Notes: generated by a model not told the origin, from the sequence alone. Numbered from the stretch's first letter, positions 1 through 44,957 are shown. The stretch is DNA of 64,000 nucleotides from Eledone cirrhosa (GCA_964016885.1 OZ024741.1:205034001-205098000); one strand, 5' to 3'. Translations and numbers: made by a program.

Positions 1-4
1 AGCA

Positions 5-1666
5 GTGTTAGTCCAGGGTAGTACAATAAGCAAGGCAATCAAAGATATGAAGACGGGTAAGGCGGCTGGTCCTTCGGAAATAGTTGCTGAGATGCTGAAG
101 GCATCTGGTTCGGTGGGACACACCATGGTCACCCGGATAGTTAAGCAAGTCGTACAGAATGGGGTTGTTCCGAAGGACTGGCGTAGCAGCATCATCGTTA
201 ACTGCTATAAGGGAAAAGGAGATGCCCTAGATAGGAGTAACTATAGAGGCATTAAATTAATCGACCAGGTCATGAAGGTCACGGAAAAAGTAATAGCGCA
301 ACTAATCAGAGAGAGAATTGACCTAGATGAAATGCAGTTCGGGTTTGTGTCAGGCAAAAGTACCACAGACGCTCTTTTCATTGTACGACAACTACAGGAG
401 AAGTACCTAGCTAAAAGTAAACTCCTATACTTAGCTTTCGTCGACTTGGAGAAAGCCTTCGACAGAGTCCCCCGTTCCATTATCTGGTGGTCTCTTAGAA
501 AACTAGGTGTTGACGAATGGCTTGTGAGAGCTATACAAGCCATGTATAAAGAAACAGTCAGTAAGGTTAGAATTAACAACGAATATAGTGAAGAGTTTAG
601 CGTAAAAGTTGGTGTCCATCAGGGCTCTGTTCTTAGCCCCCTACTATTTATTATTGCCCTTCAGGCTATAACAGAGGAGTTCAAGACCGGCTGCCCATGG
701 GAACTCCTATACGCAGATGATCTAACGCTCATAGCTGAATCAATGACCGAACTAGAGAAGAAATTCCAAACATGGAAGCACGGCCTAGAATCAAAAGGCC
801 TTAAAATTAACCTGGCTAAGACTAAAGTTCTAGTTTGTAGGAAAGAAAATAAGGCGGCGGTCCCATCTGGGAAATGGCCATGCTCAGTGTGTAGGAAAGG
901 CGTAGGTAGAAACTCCATTTTATGTCCCAAATGCAAAGTATGGGTGCATAAAAGATGTAGTGGGATCACAGGTAAGCTAACTAAGAACATAGATTTTACA
1001 TGTGGCCGGTGCTCTGGTGCAATAAGTAGCAGCAAGTGCCCACAAAATACTAGCTCCTTCAACTGCGCAGAGGGTTCTATAGAAATAGTGGACAGCTTCC
1101 GTTACCTGGGTGACAAAATCAGCAGTGGGGGAGGGTGCTCTGAAAGTACAGTAGCTAGAGTCAGAACTGGATGGAAAAAGTTCAGAGAGCTTATACCACT
1201 ATTAGCCGCTAGAGGGTTCTCCCTAAAAATGAAAGGCAGGTTATACAATGCCTGCATACGAACAGCAATGCTGCATGGCAGTGAGACCTGGGCATTGTGC
1301 GCAGAGGATATACGCAGACTAGAGAGGAATGAAGCTTGCATGCTCCGCTGGATGTGCAATAGTAATATACGTGAACGGCTAAGCATAAACGAACTAAGGA
1401 AAAAATTAGAAATAAGAGGGATCAGATGTTGTTTACTCGAGAGAAGGCTACGTTGGTACGGTCACGTGATGCGCATGAAAGACGACAGCTGTATAACAAA
1501 GTGCAGGGCAATAAAGATAGACGGTAGCCACGGAGTAGGCAGACCCAGAAAAACATGGGACGAGCTGATAAATTCCGACCTCACACGCTTACACCTCTCC
1601 AAGACAATGTCACTGGACCGAGACCTTTGGCGGTACTCAGTAATAGAGAAGACCCGCCTTACCTAA
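5..1666 (+). CDS. RTE-clade LINE ORF, 3' part (RT, embedded PHD-like finger, C-terminal domain); cut by the window start
   Basis: 553-aa open frame with RT motifs QFGF, FVDLEKAFDRV, GVHQGSVLSP, YADD and FRYLG, plus the RTE C-terminal motifs RLRWYGHVMR and GRPRKTW. Confidence 0.95.
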   Translation: MLVQGSTISKAIKDMKTGKAAGPSEIVAEMLKASGSVGHTMVTRIVKQVVQNGVVPKDWRSSIIVNCYKGKGDALDRSNYRGIKLIDQVMKVTEKVIAQLIRERIDLDEMQFGFVSGKSTTDALFIVRQLQEKYLAKSKLLYLAFVDLEKAFDRVPRSIIWWSLRKLGVDEWLVRAIQAMYKETVSKVRINNEYSEEFSVKVGVHQGSVLSPLLFIIALQAITEEFKTGCPWELLYADDLTLIAESMTELEKKFQTWKHGLESKGLKINLAKTKVLVCRKENKAAVPSGKWPCSVCRKGVGRNSILCPKCKVWVHKRCSGITGKLTKNIDFTCGRCSGAISSSKCPQNTSSFNCAEGSIEIVDSFRYLGDKISSGGGCSESTVARVRTGWKKFRELIPLLAARGFSLKMKGRLYNACIRTAMLHGSETWALCAEDIRRLERNEACMLRWMCNSNIRERLSINELRKKLEIRGIRCCLLERRLRWYGHVMRMKDDSCITKCRAIKIDGSHGVGRPRKTWDELINSDLTRLHLSKTMSLDRDLWRYSVIEKTRLT

Positions 1667-1837
1667 ATACAAAGTAAAAACCTACTACAGTCAGTAGGCA
1701 TCTCTATCAAAACACACCCCCGTACCACCACCTCCACCCCATCCACACCGCCCCTTTCAATGTAAAGTTATGTTGGTCCCACAACATCCAGGCCGAAACA
1801 AATGAGATCGTGTAGGTGTCACGACAAAAAAAAACAC

Positions 1838-2170
1838 ACAGTCCACGCTGTAAATGTGGCCGTGTAGGCAACACGGTAAAAACCTCCCAGCCCCACACTG
1901 TAAATGTGGTTGGTGTTAGGAAGGGCATCCAGCTGTAGAAAACCCCTGACAGTCCACGCTGTAATGTGGCCATGTAGGCAACACGGTAAAAACCTCCCAG
2001 CCCCACACTGTAAATGTGGTTGGTGTTAGGAAGGGTATCCAACTGTAGAAAACCCCTGACAGTCCACGCTGTAATGTGGCCATGTAGGCAACACGGTAAA
2101 AACCTCCCAGCCCCACACTGTAAATGTGGTTGGTGTTAGGAAGGGTATCCAACTGTAGAAAACCCGCCAG
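1838..2170 (+). repeat. Three tandem copies of a ~110-bp unit in the RTE 3' UTR
   Basis: The unit acagtccacgctgtaa...gtagaaaacccctg starts at 1838, 1949 and 2059. Confidence 0.95.
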
Positions 2171-2283
2171 ACAGTCCTATGCGAGCAAGACAACCACTCT
2201 TGCCTCAAGTGGGAAAACCCCCGTCCAAACCCATGCAAGCGTGGAACACGGACGCTAAACCTGATGATGATGATGATGATGAT

Positions 2284-3370
2284 ACATTCATCATACAATC
2301 TGTCCTTCATTTTGAGGGAAAAGCCTTTTGTAGCTGGCAGTGGTATTAACTCCCTGAACTTTCTCCATCCCATTCTCACTCTGACTACTGCATTTTCAGA
2401 ACACCCACCTTCACTACTAATTTGGTCACCCAGGTATCAGAAGCTGTCTACTGCTTCTACAAAACCTTCCAATAATTTGACAGCAATTGTTTCCTGTGGT
2501 TGTTTGCTGCTTGCTGCTCCTGTACAATGGCCACATGTAAAACCTACATTCTTAGCTAAACTACCTGAGATCCCACTACATCTCTTGTGTACCTATAGTT
2601 TGCACTTGGGACAGAGGATGGAATTTCTACCTATGCCTTTCCTACACACTGAGCAAGGCCATTTTTCTGAGGGATCAGGGCTCTGTTTTTGCTTCAACTT
2701 ATTAGGACTGTAGTCTTTGTCAGGTTGACTTTAAGACCCTTTGTTTCTAGGCCATGCTTCCAGGTTTGGAATTTCTTCTCTAATTCTGCCATAGATTCAG
2801 CTATAAGCGTAAGATATCTGCATGCAGGAGTTCCCATGCAATCAGTCTTAAACTCCTCTGTATAACCTGCAGTACAATAGTAAAGAGGAGAGGGCTAAAA
2901 ACAGAGCCCTGGTGGCTGCCAACCTGCACACTAAATTCTTCACTATAGCCATTGTTAATCCTAACTTTGCTGACTGCTCTCCAATACACAGCTTGTACAC
3001 CCTTTACAAGCTACTCATCCACTTTTAGTTTTCTAAGAGCCCACCAGTTTAAGGCATGGGGGACTCTCTCAAAGGTTTTCTCCAGATCAACAAATGCTAA
3101 GTAGAGCAACTTACATTTTGCTAGGTACTTCTGCTGTAGTTGCTTCACAAGGAAGAGAGCATTTGAGGTACTTTTACCTGGCACAAATCCGAATTGCATC
3201 TCATCTAGACTAATCCGGTCCCTAATCAGCTGTGCTATAATTCTTTTTGTTATTTTCATGACCTGGCCCATCAACTTGATGCCTCTATAGTTTTCTCTAT
3301 CTAGTGCATCTCCTTTACCCTTGTAGCAATTGACAATGATGCTGCTATGCCAATCATTTGGAATGACACA
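2284..3370 (-). mobile_element. Degenerate RTE LINE fragment, inverted relative to the 1-2283 copy
   Basis: Minus-strand ORF pieces YKGKGDALDRENYRGIKL, QFGFVPG, GSHQGSVFSPLLF and GWRKFRELIPL, interrupted by stops and frameshifts. Confidence 0.92.
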
Positions 3371-3764
3371 AGTGTTGCTTGGCTTACAATATGAGTGGTT
3401 AAGGTGTGACCCACTGTATATAAGATAAATCAGATATAATGCACAAAAGAGAAGACAAGCACTGGTATGAAGATGTGATATATATGGAGTATAACAGTTG
3501 TGTAAAGAAATACAAAGTAGTCCAAGTGGAAGGAACATGCAAAAAAAGAAAATGAAGAGATTCATAGGAAGAGGCTAAACTTTATGAAGGAGATGGCAGA
3601 GGACTATAACAGCAAAAAAACTGTACTGAAGAAGACTTATCCAACCCATACAAACGGTTGGTCAAGTATTGGTATTTGAATATATTGCATTCTTCTGCAT
3701 TACAGGCGGCAGTGCACAAGGTGGGAACCAGAGATTTTAAATTTAAACTTCTGTTTATTTTTAG

Positions 3765-35690
<31,926 letters not shown>

Positions 35691-38600
35691 AGGCCTCTGC
35701 TGATGTATTTTTACCAACAATATTAAGAGGGATGGTTTATGAAAATGAAGGCAATGTCCCTTTCTCCTCTGCCACACTCTTGAAATAATGTTGCAATGAA
35801 TTTTTCTATCAAAATTAAAAATAAAAACAAAAACACAACTGAGAAAAACACAGCAAAATATGAAAAATTTACCAAACTTTTAACCTGTATAGCTGCAATG
35901 ATACCTGGTTTGCCTGTCATATAGACTAACTTTTGAGCTTCTCTATTGTCATGGCTTATTTACCAAAGCTGTTTGATGAAATTTCCATTCCTCCATCTTA
36001 TTTATTTCTGCCATTAAAGTAACCCCTCTCCCACACTTTAAAAGAAAACAAAGCAAAAAGAAAATAGCCTTTTATGTTCTTTTCTCTCTTATGTTCTTCC
36101 CTTCCATTTGACTAGTTTCTTACATATTGTTTATGTGGAACCAACATCCATACTAAACAACTACAATACTAGCTATTCACTTTTCCTCTCATCCTATTTG
36201 GAACAAAAAGAAAGATGAAAAAAAAAAGCTTTTTAAAAAAATAAAGTTTGAAACATACACAAAAAATACAGCAGCAAAGAGAAAGCAAATGTGGAAATTT
36301 ATCTAACCCCAGAGAATTGTGTGTATGTGTGTGATATTTCCACTTTAAGCAACCCTCATTCTTGCTAAGCTTGAACAAAGGAACACAAGACTTCTGTTTG
36401 TCTTTCATTGTTTTATCATCCAACCCTGATTTCATTATTTTCTGTGTGTGTGTTGTGTGTGTGTGTGCATGTGTGTGTTTTGCATTGAAATATCTACTCA
36501 CCATTTTTATCACTTCCTCTTGTTTTGTATTGTAGCTATGGTGGTAGTTATTTTCTAATGTGAAATGATAATAGGATTAACATTTGGATAAATCTACTTT
36601 TGAATGTCTTTATTTTTCTTCCTTTTCAATCTGACGCCTTAATTCAACAATTTTTTTTTAACTCTCTTCCCATCCCCTAAAAAAAGCTGTTACTCTATCA
36701 AAGGACCTTTTTATTTTTCATCAGCCCTACATTCCTCAAATCTCTTCAGGTGCTCATTTTTTTTCTTGTTTTCTTCCCCCTCATCATGAGTTAATAATGA
36801 TGCTCTGACCAGTCAAATATTTCTTAATAGCTTGTGTTCTATAAACTTCTTCCAATCCCGAAGAATTTCTGATTTTAAAGTATTTTATTGGGAGCATGAC
36901 CAAGTACTATTGCCAATTTACTAATAGCTGCTTCATTGCTTGAAGAAACAGGAGTCATGCTTTCCAGTCTGTACATATGCAATAATGAAATCCAAAATGG
37001 CCATGGTGTTCTTTTTGTTTTAAACTCCTACAATCATGGAAAATGGACATTAAACGGTGATGGTGATTATGATGATTGGTGATTGTCGTAACATCTCTGA
37101 ATTATGTAATCATTGATTGAGAAATTTACAAATCACCTATAATGCTTTCATTATCCATGATTTGATCGATTAAGATATGAATATTGTAGATTTAATGCAA
37201 GTTTATTTTTTCTTATTTAATTAATAGAACTACATTTTGTGGCTAAACTATTCATCGTTAAACAATATTAACCCCTCTCATCATTGACAGATATTCTTTT
37301 CCAGCAAATTTTACGTACTTTTCCCCCCAGTTTGTAATTACAAATGTGCAATTTCACTGTAATCTCTCAAGCTGACTGCTGACTTGATGTCATGTTTTTT
37401 ATCTTAATTTTGAGGTTTTTAATGATGTCTTCACATTACTGACTCAAACTATATTTCTTTGCTATTTTTTGTAATCAATGGTTAGTTATACAAAATGCAA
37501 AATTTAAAGGAGAAAAATAATGTTGATAAAAAACAAACTAACCAAATTTCTTCTGGTTAAAATTATGGACAAATATTTTCCTGGGTGTATCTGCTCCCAA
37601 CACAAATGATTTAAAGACCTTTCAACTTGTTGTTAGAGGAGCTCCTGTTTTGATACAAACGCTTGTATAGACTCACAAGAAGTGACTTAATCTATGAGCT
37701 CTTCTGTTCTCTCAAGGTGCAATTTAAAACAAAAAAATACTCAGATATTTAGGGGGGCGGGGGACAACCAGACCTTAATAAATGTTGAACTTAAAACAAA
37801 ATTAACACTTTCAGAAATGAAGATATATTAAAGAGAAATGAAAAGAGATTTACTGCGAAGGAGATTGTGTTGCTTTTTATTTTAAGCCTGTTAGTATAAA
37901 GAATATATAATGGTTAAGTATGAATGCTTCTCAATGAAGATGAGTTAAATCCCAAATATTAGATTGGTCTTCTTTTTACAATATCCTACTATAACCTTCA
38001 AATTTTACCTTTTAAGTTTATTTTATAATTTCTTTATGAACCTTAAGGTTGTTTATATTTGACCCACACTTAGTATCATTGAAAAACTTTATCTTTTGAA
38101 CAAGCAAGGTAGCTTCTATGTATTCACATTAGCCAATGAGGCAGCTTCTACTTGATTACTCGACCTAAAAGAAATAGCAGTCAAAACCTCCACAAACCAC
38201 AGAAAAAAAAAATTGTCTCTCCCTTCTATTGTTAATCATATCTTTTCTCTCTCATTACCATAAACACACTACATCTATTTGTTCACTCTTTAGTGAGTTG
38301 TGAGTATATATTTATATGTATGAATGGTTGGATTGGGGACTATTATTAAAACATGAGAAACTTTGTAGGTGACTAGGTAATCCTACATAGGTCTGGGCTG
38401 TAAATTTCATTGATATACACACCCCTTCAGTTTTTTATTTTTTTTTTTTTTTATTCAACACATCATAATCGGGAATATTCCTCAATTTTTCATCACTCTT
38501 AGGTGAAATAAATGAAATATTGGTTTCCTTTCCCCCAGGCAAAATATTTGTGACGATGAAATAGGATGTGGCATACTTGAGAATGTTAGTGGCATGAATG

Positions 38601-40983
38601 AAGTGATATAGCTCCAACCAGAAATTAAAAGTGAATCATGGACTTAGCTTGCTGCTCATTCTCTTAGTAGCCTGTACAAGAGATGTGGCTGGTAGTCAGT
38701 AGTTTGTATGCCACTTGAACACAGACTAAGGCTTCATTAACCTAGATGAAGGTGTATGTTGTGAGACCCAAAACACCCTGTGACTTCAGGATACATTTTT
38801 TTTTTTTTGTATCCAAGGTTTTGCATCTGGGGATATATGAACTTTTTGAATTAAACAAAGATGAATTTGGAATGAAGTTAGTTCATTGAGATGGTATTTG
38901 CAACCCAACATAACAAAAGGTTATTTTTGTAAATTGTGTTCGAAGTTATTAATTTAAATAGGAACCCTTTAAAGTGGGTGGTTTTGTTTCATAGAACCAA
39001 CAGTAGTTTTGTATCAAAAGGGTTAACCATGCATGAATCACTGAACCAATTAAAACAGGTATAAGTTACCTGAAAAAAAAAAAAAGTTAGGTCAGGTGTA
39101 CCATCAACTGAACTGCATACTCTGATGGGTGTGTAATAGTATTGCACATGAAGCAGAGAGAAATGGGGCATAAGAAGGATCAGATACAGTGTGCAGGAGA
39201 GGAGACTGGTAGTTTGGACAGCTGTAAACTATGAAAGGGGAAATCTTGGGATGATCTCATGCAATTAAACCTCTTAAAAATGACAGTATCAAGTTCTCTG
39301 GTGATGCCATATTGAAGAAAACTTGCCTCACCATGCATACAGTATGAAACAAACATGGAGAGGTCAGTAGTTTACACTAATCATCCCCACCTTGCACATC
39401 AAACAATGCCAGCAGGGAAAGATTGCCCTTCCTTTTGTCCAACTTCATCCAGCATGGAAAGGCATCTCCCATCACCAATGTCAACATACTAAGATGGATG
39501 CTCCTTCCTCCATCCAACCCATGCCAACATAGAAAGCCAGACAGGCCCCACCATGATAAAATGTTTATTTACGGTTTGGAATGATGTGGCTTAGGAGGCC
39601 GTCCTAAAACATGAATGAAATGTCTGGCCTTGTTTCAAAGCATGGCATCCCATTTAGACCAGCCAGGCATGAGAAATAGATGTTTAAATATGATGATCAC
39701 GCCTTTCCTATCCAACCCATGCATACATGGAAAGCTGCACTGTGCTGGTACCATAACACATCACCCAGTCCATTCTATATAGTGATAGTGCTGTTGCAAC
39801 AAAATACACCCACTCCACTCTGCAGAGTGGCCGTGCTTGTACCATAACAAAAATCGCCATTCCACTCTGTATAGCGGTAGTAATGCTCCCAGTACATGTT
39901 GAAGTGTGGTTGGCATTAGGAAGAGCATCCAAAACCAAACCAAAAACATCCGTATGAGCAAGATGTGATCACCAGACCTGGTTAGTCTTATAACGTGACA
40001 ATCCATCTAACCCATATAAGCAAGGAAAATAGATGTCAAACTGTGATGAAGTTGATCACCTTAAACTAGTCATTAGAGTTTTGGATTAAATACCACAGTA
40101 TTTGTTTTGGCTCACTGCACTCCAAGTTTAAATATGCTTTTCATCATTTTAGGCTCAATAAATAAAGCATCTGTTTATGAGGTGGTGCATTGGTGGGATT
40201 TAAAGAGTTGAACAGGTTGCTTTGTGGTATCTGATCTGGTTTGGTTTTGTATGTTGAGTTCAAATCCTACCTTCTAAAGTGAGGAGTTTGAATTGGCAGA
40301 TAGTATCAGCAATGGAACACATTGTTCTTTGTCCAATCTAACAATCTGCTCCATTCATCTTGAAAGGAAAAGTAAATTTTGAGCTTAGAACTGAAACATG
40401 CAAAACTAAATACTGTAAGGCATGTATTGAAATGCTCTACAACTTCAACTATCTCCATTGCACCTTGTTTCTTGAAGCTATCATATATTAGATTTAATCT
40501 CTTTATTTCTGAACCATGAACTCAAACTGCTATTAATTTTTACCTTGTAGGCTTATTTAGAATTAACATTCCATTTTTATGGAAAGAAGTTGTGGTTTTC
40601 ATTTGATTACATATTTTTGACAGTGACTGACGTTCCAAAGTGGCCCGCCAATGGAATATGTTGCACACCCCTGCTTTAATCCTTTCAATACCAACCTGCC
40701 TCTGCCATGTAACAAAGCCACTCATTTTAAAGTCTTGATTTAAATTGAAATCTTCCAACATAATGTTATATATGAACCTTTTGATATGTTAGAAGTACCC
40801 AATTAATAATTGAAATAATTTTAGTAAATTCCTAGAAAATTCTTCAGTAATTAATTCAAATATAATGAATATTATTAGAAATATTGTTAAATGTATATAT
40901 ATATTTAAAGTGGGTGTAGGTATATTTATCACAATCTCCAGTTCATATTTATTTGCCCTTGCCAAGCCATGTATCTTACATTC

Positions 40984-41005
40984 AATAAAAACTTTGGTCT
41001 TTATT
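40984..41005. promoter_or_regulatory. Opposed AATAAA hexamers (+ 40984-40989; - 41000-41005), candidate convergent poly(A) signals
   Basis: Sequence ttcAATAAAaactttggtcTTTATTcaa; usage unverified and the hexamer is common in AT-rich DNA. Confidence 0.3.
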
Positions 41006-42647
41006 CAATGAGAACATATTGGTAACCATATGTTCGAAATGTACATTACAACGAAACTCGCTTTATTTGTGGGTTTTAGTCCAATTATTCGATGTAGAAA
41101 AAACTTTGCAGTTGTCAAAGACGTGTGAGAATATATAAGCAAGATGTGACCCATGACCCATTTGAGAGAGCAATGGCTCTGATTAAGTATTAACTTCATC
41201 TGTGATGGTCCAACAAACACTTGATAGCAGGGAAAGTGAACATTACATGATGATTAATTCTGGATTCACCGGCAACTGACTTAGGGTACAGAAATTACAC
41301 CCTCTTATCTTCCAAAAAAGAATCTTGAAAATTGATGAGCAAGGAAGGAAGGAAGAAATCAGATTATTGCAACAGTATGGGCCAGGTAGTTGTTAGATTT
41401 AATCCATTACTTGTACAGTCAATCTGTTGGGCATCCTCAAAGTTTCTCCTTATCAAAATTCACTCAGGTTTGGGGCGATCAAAGGCTATGTTAGAAAACA
41501 GCTTCTCAAGGTACTGCATAGAACCCCTTGGAATCAAAGGAAAATCTTCAACAACATGGGCATACTAACATTTGATTTTGATGTCTGTGCCTTTCCAAGG
41601 GATTTTTAGTGGAGCAAGTGAACAGGTTTCTTATGAAAAACTGAAACTAGCATATATCAGTTTCTCGGACATCTCACTGCCATAGGCTGGAATAGATATC
41701 AAACCAACTCCTTCGACATGAAAACAACTGTCAATGAAAGATTGTGTTCCAGTGTACTTCTCTTGGACTGGCTATTAATTTTATTGAGCACTGTAAAATA
41801 AGAATAAGCTCTCATCAAACCAAGATTCTTAATGTTTTTTAAGCTTGCTGCAGGCAATTTCTATTCTATAAAGTCTGAGTCAATAGAATATTGGACAGTA
41901 TGCTTTACAGTACCTCATAAGGTAAAAAAAAAAGTACTAGTCTATTCTTCCTCAGGTAGAAATCAGGTGAATTCAGAACTGGAGAGGGATTGGCTCTGCT
42001 AGGTTTAAAAAAATGACCCATGTTATGGGTCCATACAAAATCTACAGTTTAGTGCTCATAAATGATCACCTATTCAACGATGTAGAGGCACTAAAAAATA
42101 TGCTTTGGATACATTACTTTTGATGGGAGGAAGCTGGTGTTTGCAGCATAACAAAATTTTCTTTCATAACATTATGATGGAAGGTTTAAAACAAAGAGCT
42201 ATATACCATAAAATGAGAGGCAATTTGGTATCGAAAGGGTTAAAGTAGTGGAACACATTTACCATAGAGCATCTATTTCAGGATCCACAGATCATTCATT
42301 CATAAAAAGTCCAACATACTTGTGTACTATTGTTTCAATGTTCAAGCCTTTAACTAATCCAAAAATCCGTCTGAAGTCTGAGGGAACTAGCTAACATTTA
42401 GAATGTGTCATTAGCGAAATACCTGAGCATGTTTAGGTTCACAATGTGAATAATTTTCAGCTTTGGAACATTTCATATTAAATACTCAAATAAGTTGGGC
42501 ATATAAACCCCTAGGGAGAGAAAAAGTGGACTGAATTGCCTGATGGAATTAAACTTACATTTGCCATATGTTGGATGGCTGCATTGCCATTACAGCAAAG
42601 TAGAACTGATCACTTAATTGTCATTTTTAAACCTTATCTATTAGCCA

Positions 42648-43440
42648 TCATCATTTTACATCCGCTTTTCCCTGGGTGGGACAGGTCTTATTCAGCACAG
42701 CATCTCTCCACTTGTCACGGTCCTTCGTCATCTCCAGCGATCTGAGGTCTGTTCTCACCACCTCCGCCCATGTTTTTCGTGGTCGACCTCTACCACATCT
42801 TCCTTCAACTGGCACTTCTTCACCCATCGGTCATCTTCCATGTGCATCACATGTCCATACCACCGCAGTCTCCTCTACTATGGCCTCGGAACACCCCCTT
42901 CCTATGCTGTTCTCCTAGGTATCGGAAGCTATCCACCACTTCTATAGCACCCGCCTGCATTTGAAAAATGTGCTAATATCCTTTCTGCCACTTTCATAAC
43001 CTGATCCATCAGTTTTATACCCCTATAATTGCTCCTCTCCAGAGCATCTCCTTTACCTTTGCAGCAATTTATGAGAATACTGCTGCACCAGTCTTTGGAT
43101 ATGACACCACCATATATATCCTGATTGATGATGCGTGCAACCAGTTTAGTGCTTACGTCCCCTGATGCTTTCAGCATCTCAGCAACTATCCCCGATGGTC
43201 CAGCAGCCTTACCATTTTTCATTTCCTTAATCGCCTCTTGGACCCTATAGTCATCAATCTCAATAGCTGGTCCCTCTGTCGGATCTACTGAGGGTAATTT
43301 CTCTCTCCCATTCATTCTCCACATTCATCAGTCTCTCATAATGACATTTCCATGCCTCCTTTTTCTGATCATTCGTGACACTAAGTACACCGGCATCATT
43401 CCAGACACATTTATCTCCAACATCCTGAATGCATTGACAC
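42648..43440 (-). mobile_element. Internally deleted RTE copy (same family as 60914-63490)
   Basis: Mosaic of segments matching about 60914-61165, 61450-61540 and 62288-62760. Confidence 0.88.
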
Positions 43441-43594
43441 AATAGATGTAAATAAAGAATAAAGAAAAAATTGTTTTATGAAGCATTGAATGAATTTGAA
43501 TTCTTAATGTAAGTTAACATATTGTATGTAAGCTGCTACAATGCAGGTTTGACTATAAAATAGTTGAACCCATTTTAAACAACTCTTTTCATTA

Positions 43595-44031
43595 TCTATA
43601 TTGCTAAAACAGAGAATGTCTGTTTGTCTGTCTGACTGTTCAATCACTAAAACTTGAGAACCACCCAACCGATTGGTTTCAAACTTTACACATGTAATAC
43701 TTATGGTACTATTGAGTGTTCTGAGCAAACAAATTTTCAATGCCCTATTTATTTCGCGATAAAGTATTGATTTTCTTCGCACGGAAAAAACCCTAGTAAT
43801 GTATGACACATTTTTTTTATAAGTACAAAATGTAGACACCATCCCGAGGTCGAGGTATTCCGTACTTCTCTGTACTGTTATATATATATATAATTATATA
43901 TTCGTGTACAGATATTTTTGCATACACAATAACAAAATATAAACAAACACGAGGCTTGATAAGGATAAATATATATCAAATATATAAGAATCCTAGAGCA
44001 AATCCTGAGCAATGCTGGGCCATTCTGCTAG
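43595..44031 (+). mobile_element. Non-autonomous Helitron
   Basis: A|TCTATATTG start, (gtct)n tract, core shared with the 49222 copy, 3' cctgagcaatgctggg hairpin remnant then CTAG|T. Confidence 0.8.
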
Positions 44032-44259
44032 TAATCATCTATTTATGCCAGCTTTTCCATGCTGGTATAAGTTGGATGGATGTTTCAAGGCATTATTTTA
44101 CAACTGTTGCCAACCCTTTTAGTTGCCTTTTACAGACACAGTGTATCTATTTTAAAACTGGAGAGTAACTCAATTTTAAATTTAAAAGAAACAAAAAAAT
44201 CAAAACACAACACAAACGCCTTTTTATATTTACTAAAAAATATACTGAATAAAAGCAGC

Positions 44260-44605
44260 AAAAATGAGGTTCTTCCAAAGGGTCTATGGAATAATGTTAC
44301 TCGATAGAGTGCGTAGCTTAGAGATCAGAGAGTCACTACTTCTCTGAATTGAGAGATCATAGCTCCAATACTATGGGTATGTGGTTAGAATGTCTCAGGA
44401 AAGAATCACTGGACAGATTTTATGGGCAAATCCAACCAGCAGGAGACCCAGGGGTAGACCCCAAGCAATATGGTTGGATAACATCCAAGAGCTTGGCTGG
44501 TCTTGCTTGGGCATCCAGATGGATCAGTTGGAGAAGGTTGCTTCTGACAGGAACAGCTGGAAGGAGTGTTTGAGGACTCAAGAATATGTGGGCAAAGAAG
44601 AAGAA
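44260..44605 (+). mobile_element. 3' fragment of a second RTE family
   Basis: Peptide VRMSQERITGQILWANPTSRRPRGRP; homologous to 58500-58975 and 30320-30680. Confidence 0.8.
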
Positions 44606-44957
44606 ATACCAGTTTCTAGCACACAAGTCTGAAACTTGACATGCTAGAATCAACAGCCAAATCTCATTCAAATCATACACTAGTCTTAAAAAACAAAAGG
44701 AAAGACACATTGAATAATACAATCCTAAGTTCACTATGTGAACTGACACAAATGACAGGGTGGTTGAGTTGGAACAACTTTGACCTTAGGTTTGATAGAT
44801 CAGGACTGACCTGGGACTAGACAAGAAGTACTCATATTTGTTGAAGTTCTGGAAAAATAAACATATCCTTTTAATTTGTTTGTTTATTTTGTTCTCTCTG
44901 AGATAATTGGTCAAGAAAGCATTTTAAAGTATCATAATTTTTGCCACCTGTTTCATT

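Larger units (their letters stand above)
1..2283 (+). mobile_element. RTE LINE copy with 3' UTR and (GAT)n tail
   Basis: ORF stop at 1666, then a UTR ending ccatgcaagcgtggaacacggacgctaaacc(tga)n; related tails occur on other RTE/SINE copies in the window. Confidence 0.85.

Noticed and set aside
1838-2170. Regularly spaced repeats resembling a CRISPR array
   Set aside because: Whole units are near-identical with no unique spacers; eukaryotic LINE UTR context
241-2713. Several 78-149 aa ORFs antisense to or overlapping RTE sequence
   Set aside because: Shadow frames of LINE coding sequence and tandem repeat
42484-42490. In-frame TGA in the candidate minus-strand exon as a second Sec codon
   Set aside because: No redox motif, no similarity to a selenoprotein family I recognise, no visible SECIS, and the frame depends on an unverified micro-exon
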